A stretch of DNA of 64,000 nucleotides, taken from the NCBI GenBank assembly GCA_963555985.3, contig OY820591.1, forward strand, positions 2,496,001-2,560,000, given 5' to 3'. The number at the start of each line of letters is the position of its first letter. Position 1 is the stretch's first letter. The stretch comes from Dehalococcoidia bacterium. Its GTDB lineage: Bacteria > Chloroflexota > Dehalococcoidia > Bin125. Shown in pieces: positions 36,982-47,665 of the stretch. Made by a program: the position numbers and the translations under genes. The notes below the pieces were generated by a model, which saw only the letters and a program-made list of their open reading frames with translations, did no database searches and had not been told where the DNA came from.

Positions 36982-39543
36982 ATGAGACTCGCGCGTGTAC
37001 GACTGGTTGGGGTGGCGTTGCTCCTGTTCGCGTTGGTGGGGGCGCTCTTTGCGGCGTGCGGCGACGATGAGGATGATCAGCAACAGGCCGCCGCTCAGGT
37101 TGCGCAACAGCAACAGCAAGAAGAAGCGGCGCAGCCGGCTGCGCGTCCGGCGGCGCAGCAACAGCAAGAGCAGGCGCGGCAACCGGCGGCGCCCGTGTCT
37201 GAGGAGCCGCTGAAGATCGGTTTCCTAGCGGACTACTCGGGCGCGATTGCGGAGTTCGGGCCGGCGATCGAGACCGGAGTGCGGCTGGCGATCAAGCATC
37301 TCAACGACGCGGGCGGAGTTCTGGGGCGTCCGGTGGAGCTGTACATCGGCGACACGGGGCTGAATCCCACGCAGGCGGTGGAAGAGGCGCGGCGGCTGAT
37401 TGAGGTGGAGGGCGTACACGCGATTGTGGGGCCGCTGGCCTCATCGATCACGCTGGCGGTGGCGGAGTCGGTGACTGCGCCGGCCGGGGTTCCCACGATC
37501 TCTCCCTCAGCGACCTCGCCGCAGCTGAGCATCGCCAGCGACAACGATTTCCTCTTCCGCAGCACGGTTTCAGACGCGGCCCAGGGTCCGGTGCTGGCGC
37601 AGCTGGCGGCGGACGAGGGCTACAGCTCGGTCGGGGTGGTGTACCTCAACGATCCGTACGGTCAGGGACTCGCGGAAGCCTTCGCCTCGGCCTGGGGCGG
37701 CGATATCTCGATGGCCTCGATTGAGGACGGGCAAACCTCGTACCTGGCGGAATTGCAACTGGCGGGGGAATACGGCGCCGAGGTGCTGATCGCGATCGCG
37801 TTCCCGACGCAGGCCGAGGTGTTTATCCGGGAAGCGCTGGAGAATGGGCTGTTTGACCGGTTCCTCTTCGTCGACGGGACCAAGAGCCAAGATCTGGTCG
37901 ACGCGATTGGCGGCCAGTACTTCGAGGGGATGAAGGGCACCGCTCCGTCGGCGGGGCCGGAATCGGACGCGCTGCGCACCTTCAATGCAGCCTACGAAGC
38001 CGAGTACGGCGAGCTGAGTCCACTGCCGTTCATCCGTGAGGCGTATGACGCGACGATCGCGATCGCGCTTGCCGCCGAGCGCGCCGGTTCGGTTGATTCG
38101 GGCGCGATTCGGGATGCGCTGCGCGATGTGGCGGCGCCGCCGGGCGACGAGTACATCCCGGGCGCGGACGGCGTAGCGGGAGCACTCGACGCGATTCGCA
38201 ACGGCGACACGATCAACTACACGGGCGCGGCAACGACGCTGGACTGGGACGCCAACGGCGATGTGGTGACCGGCTACATCGGCGTCTGGCAGTACGAGGA
38301 CGGCGGGATCGTCGAACTGTCGGTGACGGCATTCGACCTCTCCGGCGGGGCGGCGGTAGCGACGCCGCGGGAGCCGGCCGCGACGGCTCCGATGTCGGAC
38401 GAACCGCTCAAGATCGCGTTCCTGGCGGATTTCTCGGGTCCGTTGTCAGAGTTCGGTCCGGTGATGCAGACGGGCGTGGATCTGGCTGTGGCGCATGTCA
38501 ACTCGGCCGGCGGCGTGCTGGGGCATCAGGTCGTGCTCGTGCTCGGCGACACCGGTCTGGAAGCCGGGATCGCAGTCGAGGAAGCGCGCCGGCTGGTTGA
38601 GATCGAGGGCGTGCACGGGATCGTGGGGCCGTTGACATCGAGCAACACGTTGCAGGTCGCGGAGAGTGTCACCTCTCCGGCGCAGGTGCCGACGATCTCG
38701 CCTTCGGCGACATCGCCGCAGCTGTCGCTGGCGGACGATGACGGCTACCTGTTCCGGAGCACGATCTCGGACGCGGCGCAGGGTCCGGTGCTGGCGGATC
38801 TGACCAGCGCCGAGGGCTACACCAATGTTGGCGTGATCTACATCAACGACCCCTACGGTCAGGGTCTGGCCGACGCCTTCGCGGCCGCGTTCGAGGGCGA
38901 AGCGAACCTGGTCTCGATCGAGGATGCGCAGGCGTCGTACCTCTCCGAGTTGCAGCAGGCGGCGGATAACGACGCCGAGGCGCTGGTCGTGATCGCGTTC
39001 CCGCGCCAGGCGGAGATCTTCATCCGCGAGGCGTTGGAGCAAGGACTGTTCGATCAGTTCGTGTTCGTGGACGGCTCGAAGAGTCAGGAGCTGATCGACG
39101 CGATCGGCGGCGAGTACCTGAACGGGATGAAGGGCACGGCTCCGACCGGCGAGCCGGATTCGGCCACGCTGGCGGCCTGGCAGAACGCCTACACCGACGT
39201 CTACGGCGAGTTGCCGACGCTGCCGTTCGTGACCGAGACGTATGACGCGGCGATCGCGCTGATGCTGGCCGCGCAGGCGGCCGGTTCGCTGGACGGCGAC
39301 GCGATCCGCGATGCGCTGCCGCGCATCGCCGCGCCCGGCGGGGAAGTGATTATTCCCGGTCCGGAGGGGATTGCGCGGGCGCTCGAGATTCTGGCCGCGG
39401 GCGGAGAGATCAACTATCAGGGCGCGGCGACTACGCTCGACTGGAACGCAGTCGGCGACGTGACCTCCGGCTACATCGGCGTCTGGCAATACGCGGACGG
39501 CGGAATTGAGGAGATTGAGGCGGTCTTCTTCCAGCTCGATTAG
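36982..39543 (+). CDS. Lipoprotein with two tandem LivJ-like substrate-binding domains
   Basis: FAAC lipobox, Q-rich linker, and two full copies of EPLKI.FLAD.SG...ISPSATSPQLS...GYIGVWQY. Confidence 0.93.
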   Translation: MRLARVRLVGVALLLFALVGALFAACGDDEDDQQQAAAQVAQQQQQEEAAQPAARPAAQQQQEQARQPAAPVSEEPLKIGFLADYSGAIAEFGPAIETGVRLAIKHLNDAGGVLGRPVELYIGDTGLNPTQAVEEARRLIEVEGVHAIVGPLASSITLAVAESVTAPAGVPTISPSATSPQLSIASDNDFLFRSTVSDAAQGPVLAQLAADEGYSSVGVVYLNDPYGQGLAEAFASAWGGDISMASIEDGQTSYLAELQLAGEYGAEVLIAIAFPTQAEVFIREALENGLFDRFLFVDGTKSQDLVDAIGGQYFEGMKGTAPSAGPESDALRTFNAAYEAEYGELSPLPFIREAYDATIAIALAAERAGSVDSGAIRDALRDVAAPPGDEYIPGADGVAGALDAIRNGDTINYTGAATTLDWDANGDVVTGYIGVWQYEDGGIVELSVTAFDLSGGAAVATPREPAATAPMSDEPLKIAFLADFSGPLSEFGPVMQTGVDLAVAHVNSAGGVLGHQVVLVLGDTGLEAGIAVEEARRLVEIEGVHGIVGPLTSSNTLQVAESVTSPAQVPTISPSATSPQLSLADDDGYLFRSTISDAAQGPVLADLTSAEGYTNVGVIYINDPYGQGLADAFAAAFEGEANLVSIEDAQASYLSELQQAADNDAEALVVIAFPRQAEIFIREALEQGLFDQFVFVDGSKSQELIDAIGGEYLNGMKGTAPTGEPDSATLAAWQNAYTDVYGELPTLPFVTETYDAAIALMLAAQAAGSLDGDAIRDALPRIAAPGGEVIIPGPEGIARALEILAAGGEINYQGAATTLDWNAVGDVTSGYIGVWQYADGGIEEIEAVFFQLD

Positions 39544-39648
39544 CGCCCGCCGGCGTTCCGGCGCGCTGCATCGAGCGGCACGAGCGGACCCCGCCTGTTG
39601 GCGGGGTTCGCGCTGCCCCATCGGGTGCTTCGCAGTTGATCGCAAAGA

Positions 39649-41049
39649 GTGGAGCGAGTGGTGGAGCGTTTGCGCAAGCGACGGATCAGGCGGTTGTTGG
39701 TTGTCCTCGCGTTCGGGGTATTCGCGTTCGGGGCTGCGTGCGGGGGAGAGGATGCGTCGCCTGCGAGCGTGCGCGACTCTGAGACTGCGCGACAGACGCA
39801 AGCGCAGGAGGACGGCGCCGCGCAAGCGCAAGCAGCGCCAGAGAGGGAGACAGCCTCAGAGGAGCAAGAGGCGAACACAGACGCGGACGGGACGTTGCCG
39901 GAGACGCCGCTCAAACTCGCCTTCCTGCTCGACTACAGCGGGCCGCTCGCAGAGTGGGCGCCGGAGTTGCAGAAGGGCTTTGACTTGGCGATCAAGCAGA
40001 TCAACGAGGCGGGCGGCGTCTGGGGGATGCCGGTCGAGTCGGCGATCGGCGACGACGGCACCAATCCCACGATTGCGGTCGAGGAGGCGCGGCGGCTGGT
40101 CGAGATCGAAGGCGTGCACGGGATTGTCGGCCCCATGTCGAGCGCGATGACCCTGGCCATCACCGAGTCGGTGACCGCGGCCGCGCGCGTGTCCGTGATC
40201 TCGCCGGTGGCGACCTCATCGCAACTCACGCTGGCTCAGGACGACGACTTCCTCTTCCGGGTCTCGCTGGCGGATCGTGTGGAGGGCGTCTATCTCGCGC
40301 AGCTGGCGCGGGAACAGGGCTTTGACAATGTGGCCCTGATCTACCGCGACGACGCCTTTGGGCAAGGGATGGCGAAGGCGTTCGAGGAGCATTGGCAGGG
40401 GACCGTGGAGACGATTGGGATCGACCCCGCGGGGAGCAGTTTCGTCTCGGAATTACAGCAATCCAGCCGCAGCGGAGCAGAGGCGCTGGTACTGGTGGCG
40501 TTTCCGCCCGAGGCGATCCTGCTTCTGCGCGAAGCGTTGGAGCAGGGTTACTTCGACCAGTTCGTGTTTAGCGCCGCCGGCCAGAGTCTCACCTTGCCCG
40601 AAGCGATCGGAGCTGAGGCGCTGGCCGGTATGCACGGCACCTATGTCGCGCCGGCTCCCGAGAACGACTCCTCGCGCGCCTGGGTCGCGGCCTATACGGC
40701 CGAGTACGGCGCGCCTCCCACACGCCCGTATATCAAGGAGGCGTACGACGCCACGATCGCGCTTGCGCTAGCGGCGCAGGCTGCGGGTACGAATGACGGC
40801 GCAGAAATTCGCGATCAGCTGCGCCGGATCGGTTCGGGGCCGGGGCGGATCGTGATTGCGCAAGCGGAGAGTATCGCCGCCGGTCTCGACGCGGCCGCAG
40901 CCGGCGACGACATCGACTACGAGGGCGCGGCGGGCACGCTCGATTGGGATGTCAACGGCGATATCACGCGCGGCTACATTGGTACCTGGCGCTTCACCGA
41001 AACAGGCGAGATTGAGCGAGTCGATGTGTTCGCGTATGTCGCCGACTGA
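39649..41049 (+). CDS. LivJ-like ABC substrate-binding lipoprotein
   Basis: GAAC lipobox; paralog of its neighbours (PLKLAFLLDYSG, EEARRLVEIEGV). Confidence 0.9.
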   Translation: MERVVERLRKRRIRRLLVVLAFGVFAFGAACGGEDASPASVRDSETARQTQAQEDGAAQAQAAPERETASEEQEANTDADGTLPETPLKLAFLLDYSGPLAEWAPELQKGFDLAIKQINEAGGVWGMPVESAIGDDGTNPTIAVEEARRLVEIEGVHGIVGPMSSAMTLAITESVTAAARVSVISPVATSSQLTLAQDDDFLFRVSLADRVEGVYLAQLAREQGFDNVALIYRDDAFGQGMAKAFEEHWQGTVETIGIDPAGSSFVSELQQSSRSGAEALVLVAFPPEAILLLREALEQGYFDQFVFSAAGQSLTLPEAIGAEALAGMHGTYVAPAPENDSSRAWVAAYTAEYGAPPTRPYIKEAYDATIALALAAQAAGTNDGAEIRDQLRRIGSGPGRIVIAQAESIAAGLDAAAAGDDIDYEGAAGTLDWDVNGDITRGYIGTWRFTETGEIERVDVFAYVAD

Positions 41050-41107
41050 GGTTTCGGTTTAAGATCGAACCAGGTTCCGACCGCTTCGCGCAAGGGAATG
41101 TGTCCAT

Positions 41108-42448
41108 ATGCGCCAACTTCGCTCTCTTCTGCTCTTGCCGCTGGTAGCGGTTGTCAGTTTGTGTGTCCTGATCGCCTGTTCGGACGCTGAAGACGAAGCG
41201 GACGCGCAGCCACAGCCCAGCGCCGCGCAAGCGCAGAGCCAGCAAGCACCAAGTCAGCCGGAAGCGGAGCAGGCGGACGACGAAGAGGCGCTGGGGCCGC
41301 TCAAGATCGCGCTGATCGGCGATCTCACCGGCGGGCTGTCCGAGATCGGCGTTGAGATGCGGGACGGATTCCTGCTCGCGATCAAACACATCAACGCGGC
41401 TGGGGGCGTCTTCGGGCAACCGGTCGAGTTCGTGATCGGCGATACGCAGACCGACCCGACGATTGCGGTGGAAGAAGCGCGGCGGGTGATTGAGATCGAA
41501 GGCGCGCACGTGATCGTCGGCGCGCACTCGAGCACGAATTCGCTGGCGGTCGCGGAGAGCGTGACCGGCCCGAGCGGAGTGCCCCAAGTCAGCCCGGCTT
41601 CGTCGTCGCCGCAGCTAGCCGTGGCGGACGACAACGATTTTCTCTTCCGCGCGACGCTCAACGACCGCGTACAGGGTCCGGCGCTGGCCCAACTGACGCA
41701 TGAGCGCGGCTTTAGCAACGTGGGCATGCTCTACCGCGACGACGCCTGGGGACAGGGCATCGCGGCTTCGTTCGAGCAGTCGTTCACCGAGGACTGGGGT
41801 GGGAACGTGGTCTCAATTCCGGTCGATCCACGCCAGACGACGTATCTCTCCGAGATTCAGCAGTCGCTCCGTGAGGGGGCGGAAGCGATGGTCATGCTTG
41901 CCTACGTGCCCGAAGGCGCGATCATCCTGCGCGAATCGATTGAGAACGGGTTGTATGACCAGTTCGTCTTCGGGCCGACCAGCCGCAATCACTCACTGAT
42001 CGAGGAGATCGGGGCGGAGCATCTCGCCGATATGTACGGGACTGCGCCCGGGACCGCGCCCGGGACCGAATCCGCGCTGCTCTGGGAGGCGGCGTTCATC
42101 GAGGAATACGAGCGTCCCTATGCCTACCCCTACACGAAGCAGGCGTACGACGCGGTGATTGTGCTGGCGCTGGCGGCAGAGGCAGCGCAATCGACCGACG
42201 GCGCGGCGATCCGCGATCAGCTGCGCCGGATCGGGGGCGCGCCCGGGCAGCTGGTAATCGCCGACGTGGGCAGCCTGCGGCTCGGTCTGAGCGCTGCGGC
42301 GGATGGTGAAGACATCGACTATGAGGGCGCCGCGCAATCGTTGGAGTGGGATGAGAACGGCGATCTGGAGCGCGGCTACGTGGGGCTCTGGCGCTTCACC
42401 GCCGAGGGCGGGATCGAAGACACGGGCGTGATCCCGTACGGGGAATAG
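41108..42448 (+). CDS. LivJ-like ABC substrate-binding lipoprotein
   Basis: LIAC lipobox; PLKIALIGDLTG and VSPASSSP motifs. Confidence 0.92.
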   Translation: MRQLRSLLLLPLVAVVSLCVLIACSDAEDEADAQPQPSAAQAQSQQAPSQPEAEQADDEEALGPLKIALIGDLTGGLSEIGVEMRDGFLLAIKHINAAGGVFGQPVEFVIGDTQTDPTIAVEEARRVIEIEGAHVIVGAHSSTNSLAVAESVTGPSGVPQVSPASSSPQLAVADDNDFLFRATLNDRVQGPALAQLTHERGFSNVGMLYRDDAWGQGIAASFEQSFTEDWGGNVVSIPVDPRQTTYLSEIQQSLREGAEAMVMLAYVPEGAIILRESIENGLYDQFVFGPTSRNHSLIEEIGAEHLADMYGTAPGTAPGTESALLWEAAFIEEYERPYAYPYTKQAYDAVIVLALAAEAAQSTDGAAIRDQLRRIGGAPGQLVIADVGSLRLGLSAAADGEDIDYEGAAQSLEWDENGDLERGYVGLWRFTAEGGIEDTGVIPYGE

Positions 42449-42492
42449 GACATGATCGGACACCCTCCGGCGAGGGAGAGGAGAGACGCCGC

Positions 42493-43836
42493 ATGACCCG
42501 AATCCAACTCACGCTCGCGCTGATCGCGGCCGCGGCGATCGCGATCTTGGCGGCCTGTTCCGGCGACGATCAGCCTCAGCAGCAAGCGCAGCCCCAAGCG
42601 CAAGTTCAACCGCAGCAGGCGCAAGCCGAACCTGCTCAACAAGCGCAGGCCGAACAACCGCAGACGGTCGCTCAAGCGGACGCCGACGGCGGACCGCTCA
42701 AGATCGGTCTGCTGCTTGACTTCAGCGGCGGTCTGGCCGAGTACGGCAACGAGATGCAGCGCGGCTTTGAGCTGGCGATTACGCACATCAACGCCGGCGG
42801 CGGGGTGTGGGGACAGCCGGTTGAGGTCGTGATTGGCGACACCTCGCTGGATCCGACTCGAGCGGTGGAAGAGGCGCGGCGGCTGGTCGAAGTTGAGGGC
42901 GTCCACGTGATCGTGGGGCCGATCGCCAGCGGCGTCACCCTGGCCGTGGTCGAATCCGTCACCGGGCCGGCCGGGATTCCCACGATTAGCCCCTCGGCGA
43001 CCTCGCCTCAGCTGACGGTGGCGGAGGATCGCGACTTTCTCTTCCGCTCAACGCTTTCCGACAGCACCCAGGGGCCGGTGTTGGCGCGGGTGACGATGGA
43101 GCGGGGCTTCGATAACGTCGGTCTGCTCTACCGCAACGACGCTTGGGGGCAGGGGCTCGCGGGCGCGTTCGCCGACGCCTGGAGCGGCGATCTGGTCAGC
43201 CTCGCAGTCGATCCGCAGCAGGCCAGCTTTCTCGCCGAACTCCAGCAGTCGGCCGCCGGGGGCGCGCAGGCGCTGGTCGTGATCGCCTTCGCGCCGGAGG
43301 CGGAGATCATGATCCGCGAAGCGTTGGAGCACGGCCTCTACGACCAGTTCACTTTCGGCGACGGAGGCAAGAGTCTCGATCTGATCGCGGCGATCGGGGG
43401 CGAATACCTGGGCGGGATGTACGGCACCGCGCCCGCTCCGGGTCCCGAGAGCGAGGCCGGGCGCGCTTGGGAAACTGCCTTTGCGGAGGAGTACGGCGAG
43501 CTGCCGCTGCTGCCGTATGTGAAGGAGACCTACGACGCGACGATCGCGGCGGCGCTCGCGGCGCAGGCCGCGAACAGCGTTGACGGCGGCGAGATCCGCG
43601 ATCAACTCCGCGCGATCGGGGGCGCGCCGGGGGAGATCGTGGTCGCCGGTCCCGAAGGCGTCACCCGCGCCCTCGCCCTGCTCGCGGAAGGCACGGAGAT
43701 CGACTACGAAGGCGCGGCGATCACGATGGAGTGGGACGCCAACGGCGACATCCGCCAGGGCTACGTCGGCATCTGGCGCTTCACGGCGGACGAGTCGTTC
43801 GAGGAGGTCGAACAAGTCCGCTTCAGCTCGGAGTGA
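42493..43836 (+). CDS. LivJ-like ABC substrate-binding lipoprotein
   Basis: LAAC lipobox, Q-rich linker, PLKIGLLLDFSG and ISPSATSP motifs. Confidence 0.93.
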   Translation: MTRIQLTLALIAAAAIAILAACSGDDQPQQQAQPQAQVQPQQAQAEPAQQAQAEQPQTVAQADADGGPLKIGLLLDFSGGLAEYGNEMQRGFELAITHINAGGGVWGQPVEVVIGDTSLDPTRAVEEARRLVEVEGVHVIVGPIASGVTLAVVESVTGPAGIPTISPSATSPQLTVAEDRDFLFRSTLSDSTQGPVLARVTMERGFDNVGLLYRNDAWGQGLAGAFADAWSGDLVSLAVDPQQASFLAELQQSAAGGAQALVVIAFAPEAEIMIREALEHGLYDQFTFGDGGKSLDLIAAIGGEYLGGMYGTAPAPGPESEAGRAWETAFAEEYGELPLLPYVKETYDATIAAALAAQAANSVDGGEIRDQLRAIGGAPGEIVVAGPEGVTRALALLAEGTEIDYEGAAITMEWDANGDIRQGYVGIWRFTADESFEEVEQVRFSSE

Positions 43837-43874
43837 GCGCTCCGCGCGCTTGCCGTACCCGGCTAACGTCACTC

Positions 43875-43905
43875 CGAGATACCCGCGCTTGCCGCGGGTA
43901 TCTCG
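43875..43905. repeat. Family C hairpin between convergent operons (possible terminator)
   Basis: CGAGATACCCGCG-CTTGC-CGCGGGTATCTCG, a perfect 13-bp stem. Confidence 0.8.
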
Positions 43906-44001
43906 CCGTGAGCAGCACGGAGGCCGTGTACAGCTTCGGCGCTCCGGGAGCGGGGCCCCTCAGGCCGAAACGTCGGCATAGCGACTGCCAAGCTGAACGC
44001 C

Positions 44002-45057
44002 CTAGCGCGATGTGAAGACTCGCAGACGCTGCCAGAGACCGGATAACGGACTGCCGCCCGGCTGCTCATCGGGAGCTCGTGAGACGTAGCGGCTGACGCG
44101 GTTGCGCTCTGTGAGCAGTCCCTGTGGACGCCAGAGCAGGAAGACGATGATCAGCAGCCCGATCAGGAGCTGCCGCACCTGGAAGACGCGGGCGCCCAAC
44201 CAATCGGGCAGGCTCTCCTGGATCAGGGGCGTGCCGAACCAGAAGAAGCCCACCACGACCGCGCCGAGGATGGCGCCTCGGTGATTGCCGCTGCCACCGA
44301 CGATCAGCATCGTCCAGACGAAGAAGGTGCCTAAGAGATCGGAGAAGGTGAGCGGGGAGATCGTGCCCTGGCGATGGGCGAAGATGCCGCCGGCCAAGCC
44401 CATCACGAGCGCTCCTAGCACGAACGCGGCCATACGGAACCGCACGGTGTTCTTGCCGGAAGCGCGGGCGGTCTCCTCGTTGTCGCGGATCGCGCGCAGG
44501 GCGCGGCCCCAGGGCGAGGAGGAGGCGCGGGTGAGCAGCCAGAAGACGAAGAGCAGCAGCACCAGCGCAATCGCCAACTCGATCCAGCGGTAGTTCTCGC
44601 CCAGATTGAGCCAGTCTTCGAGGAATCCTTGCACTCCGTTCAAGCCGCGGCTGCGGTTGACCAGACCCTCGACCGAGTTGGCGATGCTGCGCAGGATCGC
44701 AGCGACGCCGATCGTGGTGATGGCGAGGAAGTCGTCTCTGAGGCGAAGGGTGGGGATCCCGAGTAAGAGCGCCAGCACCGCGCCGGCGAGCGCGGCGAAG
44801 ATCCAGCCGACCGGTACCGGCAGACCCCAGCCGGCCACGTAGGATTCGAGTCCCTCGGGCGCGGGCAGGGTGAGGACGGCGGAGACGTAGGCGCCGACCA
44901 TGAAGAAAGCGGCGACGCCGAAGTTGAGGATGCCGGTGCTCCACTGGAGATTGAGGGCAAGGGCGAGGATCGCGAAGATCGCGACCGTAGTGAGGAACCC
45001 GACCGTCCAGTTGACGGCGCCGTCAAAGGTGACGAGGGTGACGACCAGATGCTCCAT
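44002..45057 (-). CDS. livM: Branched-chain amino acid ABC permease (LivM-like)
   Basis: LRLRDDFLAITT, PWGRALRAIRDNE and IVGGSGN..GAILGA motifs. Confidence 0.9.
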   Translation of the reverse strand: MEHLVVTLVTFDGAVNWTVGFLTTVAIFAILALALNLQWSTGILNFGVAAFFMVGAYVSAVLTLPAPEGLESYVAGWGLPVPVGWIFAALAGAVLALLLGIPTLRLRDDFLAITTIGVAAILRSIANSVEGLVNRSRGLNGVQGFLEDWLNLGENYRWIELAIALVLLLFVFWLLTRASSSPWGRALRAIRDNEETARASGKNTVRFRMAAFVLGALVMGLAGGIFAHRQGTISPLTFSDLLGTFFVWTMLIVGGSGNHRGAILGAVVVGFFWFGTPLIQESLPDWLGARVFQVRQLLIGLLIIVFLLWRPQGLLTERNRVSRYVSRAPDEQPGGSPLSGLWQRLRVFTSR

Positions 45058-45072
45058 GCGCGCCGCTCCCCT

Positions 45073-45999
45073 CTAGCGCTCTTGCCCGAAGAGGCCGCGC
45101 GGACGCAGCAGCAGGACGATGATCACGATCATGAAGGGCACGCCGGGTTTGAGCCCGGTGTTGATCCACTGGGTGGAGACCTCCTGGGCGATGCCTACGG
45201 TGAGGCCGCCGACCAGCGCTCCCCAGGGATTGCCGATCCCGCCCAGGACGACTGCCGCGAAGAGAGGCAGCAGCAGACGGAAACCGGCGTCGAAGCGGAC
45301 CTCGGACTGGATGCCGAGCATCACTCCCGCGAGCGCGGCGAGCGCGCCCCCGATGATCCAGGTACCCATGCGCACGCGGTCGGTGCGGATGCCGGAGGCT
45401 TCGGCGAGTTCGGGGTTGTCGGCGGTGGCGCGCATCGCCTTGCCGAAGCGGGTGCGGTAGAGCAACCAGTAGAGCAGCACGGCGGCGAGCAGAGTCATGC
45501 CGACGATGAAGAATTGGTCGGGCTTGACGCGGATGCCGCCGAAGATTTCGATGGCGGGGAAGATGCCCGGGTTGTAGCGGAAGTTGGAAGGTCCCCAGAT
45601 CAGCTGGATCAGGGCGCGGAGCATGATGCTCATGCCCAGCGAGGCGATGGCGAAGACGAAGAAGCCGCTCATGCCCCGAGTCACGGTTCTGCGCAGGCGC
45701 GAGTAGACCAAGCGCTCCAGGATCACCGAAATCAGAGCGACGCCGATCATGGCGACGAGGAGTCCGACGACGAGACCCCAGCCGAAGGAGAGCGAACCGA
45801 ACTGTCCGCCCTGGAAACCGAGATTGGCACCCTCGGAGGAGACGATGAAGAAGGCCAGGAACATCCCCCAGCCCATCTTGTCGCCGTGCGAGAAGTCGGC
45901 CACCTCGAGCACGCCGTAGACGAGCGTCAGGCCCATCGCGCCGAGCGCGACGATCGAGCCGACGATGATGCCGATCGTGACCAGTTGGGCGATCTCTAT
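45073..45999 (-). CDS. livH: Branched-chain amino acid ABC permease (LivH-like); probable ATA start, first ATG at 45936
   Basis: AQLVTIGIIVGSIVALGAMGLTLVYG, TRFGKAMRA.ADN and AAVVLGGIG motifs; homology extends 21 codons upstream of the first ATG. Confidence 0.88.
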   Translation of the reverse strand: MEIAQLVTIGIIVGSIVALGAMGLTLVYGVLEVADFSHGDKMGWGMFLAFFIVSSEGANLGFQGGQFGSLSFGWGLVVGLLVAMIGVALISVILERLVYSRLRRTVTRGMSGFFVFAIASLGMSIMLRALIQLIWGPSNFRYNPGIFPAIEIFGGIRVKPDQFFIVGMTLLAAVLLYWLLYRTRFGKAMRATADNPELAEASGIRTDRVRMGTWIIGGALAALAGVMLGIQSEVRFDAGFRLLLPLFAAVVLGGIGNPWGALVGGLTVGIAQEVSTQWINTGLKPGVPFMIVIIVLLLRPRGLFGQER

Positions 46000-46817
46000 G
46001 ACGCACCGCCTTGATCGCCAGTGCGACTCTCCGCCGCCTCGAGCTCGGCCCGTTCGAGCGTGCGCGCTTCACCGGTCTCGGCGTCCTGCCCGAGGAAGAG
46101 CCGGCCGACTTCGGGATCGGTGAGCACCTCCAGGCCCGTGCCCTCGAAGGCGGTTTCGCCGTTCACCATCACGACGCCGCGATCGGACCAGGTGAGCGCC
46201 TCGGTCGCGTTCTGCTCGACCATGAGGATGCCGACGCCGGTCATGTGGATGTCGTAGATCTGGGCGAAGAGTTCGCCTCTGGCGGCGGGCGCGAGCGCGG
46301 CGGTGGGTTCGTCGAGGCAGAGCATGACCGGATCAAGCATCAAGGCGCGGGCGATGGCGAGCATCTGGCGCTGGCCGCCGGAGAGCCGGCTGGCGCGCTC
46401 GCGGGGGCGGCTTTCGAGATCGGGGAACATCGCCAGCACCTCAGCGATCCGTTGTCGGAGTCCCGCGCGGCGCATGTAGCCGCCCATCTCCAGGTTTTCG
46501 CGGATCGAGAGCGAGGTGAAGACGTTGTTGATCTGGGGCACGTAGCCGACGCCGGCGGCGATCATCTGGGGGGTCGTCCAGCCGCTCACGTCCTCTCGGG
46601 TAAAGCGGCGGCGGCCGTGCTCGTAGGGCAGCGCCCCGACCACGGCCTTGAGCAGAGTCGATTTGCCCGCTCCGTTGGGGCCGATGATGGTCAGCACTTC
46701 GTCCTGGTAGAGATCAAGATCGACGTCGTGAATGATGTCGATCCCGTTGACGTAGCCGCCGCTGAGCGACTCGACTCGCAGCAGCGGTTCGCGTCCGTCG
46801 CCCGCGTCCGTGCTCAT
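45996..46817 (-). CDS. livF: ABC ATP-binding protein (LivF-like)
   Basis: GPNGAGKST, LSGGQRQMLAIARALM and ILMVEQNA motifs. Confidence 0.92.
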   Translation of the reverse strand: MSTDAGDGREPLLRVESLSGGYVNGIDIIHDVDLDLYQDEVLTIIGPNGAGKSTLLKAVVGALPYEHGRRRFTREDVSGWTTPQMIAAGVGYVPQINNVFTSLSIRENLEMGGYMRRAGLRQRIAEVLAMFPDLESRPRERASRLSGGQRQMLAIARALMLDPVMLCLDEPTAALAPAARGELFAQIYDIHMTGVGILMVEQNATEALTWSDRGVVMVNGETAFEGTGLEVLTDPEVGRLFLGQDAETGEARTLERAELEAAESRTGDQGGAS

Positions 46818-47665
46818 GTCCGCTGTCCGCTCAGGTAGGCGGCCTGTACTTCGGGATTGGAGAGCACCTCTTCGGGCGGGCCGACATCGAGCACTCGTCC
46901 CTGCGCCATGACCACGACCGGATCGCAGAGTTGGCGGACGAACTCAAGGTTGTGCTCAATGATCAGGAAGGAGAGGCCGAGCCGATCGCGGAGTTCGCGG
47001 ATGTGCTCGGCAAGCCGCCGCACGAGCGCCGGGTTGACGCCCGCGCCGGGTTCGTCGAGCAGAATCATGCGCGGATCGGGCATCAGCGCGCGGGCCAGTT
47101 CGAGCAGCTTGCGCTGGCCGCCGGAGAGTGTGCCGGCAGAGACGTAGGCCTGATGCGCGAGTTGGGTTTGCTCCAGCACCTCGTGGGCGCGAGCCTCCAG
47201 TTCGGCTTCGCGCCGGCGGACGCTCCAGGGCGCGAACCAGTTGCGCCAGACGGCTTCGCCCAGCTGTTCCTCGCCGGCGAGCATCACATTTTCGAGCACG
47301 GTCATCGATTCCAGTTCTTGCGGGATCTGGAAGGTGCGCACCAAGCCTTCGCCGAAGATGCGATGGGTGGGCCAGCCGGTGATCTCACGGTCGCCGAAGA
47401 AGACCTTGCCGCCGTCGGGTTTGAGGAATCCGGCGACGCAGTTGAAGGCGGTGGTCTTACCCGCTCCGTTGGGGCCGATCATGCCGGCGATCACGCCTTC
47501 TTCGATCTCGAAGCTGGCGTCGTCCACGGCGCGGAGTCCGCCGAAGTGTTTATCCAGTCCCTCCACGCGCAGGAGCACGCGCCGCGCCGCGACCGAGACG
47601 GAGGGGGCTTGGGTGAGGCTCTTGGCCGCCTCAAGGTCCTCGCCGGTGATCGCGCGGGCGCTCAT
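46814..47665 (-). CDS. livG: ABC ATP-binding protein (LivG-like)
   Basis: FGGLRAVD, GLVRTFQ, LDEPGAGVNP, IIEH and VQAAYL motifs; ATGA overlap with the HIT gene. Confidence 0.92.
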   Translation of the reverse strand: MSARAITGEDLEAAKSLTQAPSVSVAARRVLLRVEGLDKHFGGLRAVDDASFEIEEGVIAGMIGPNGAGKTTAFNCVAGFLKPDGGKVFFGDREITGWPTHRIFGEGLVRTFQIPQELESMTVLENVMLAGEEQLGEAVWRNWFAPWSVRRREAELEARAHEVLEQTQLAHQAYVSAGTLSGGQRKLLELARALMPDPRMILLDEPGAGVNPALVRRLAEHIRELRDRLGLSFLIIEHNLEFVRQLCDPVVVMAQGRVLDVGPPEEVLSNPEVQAAYLSGQRT

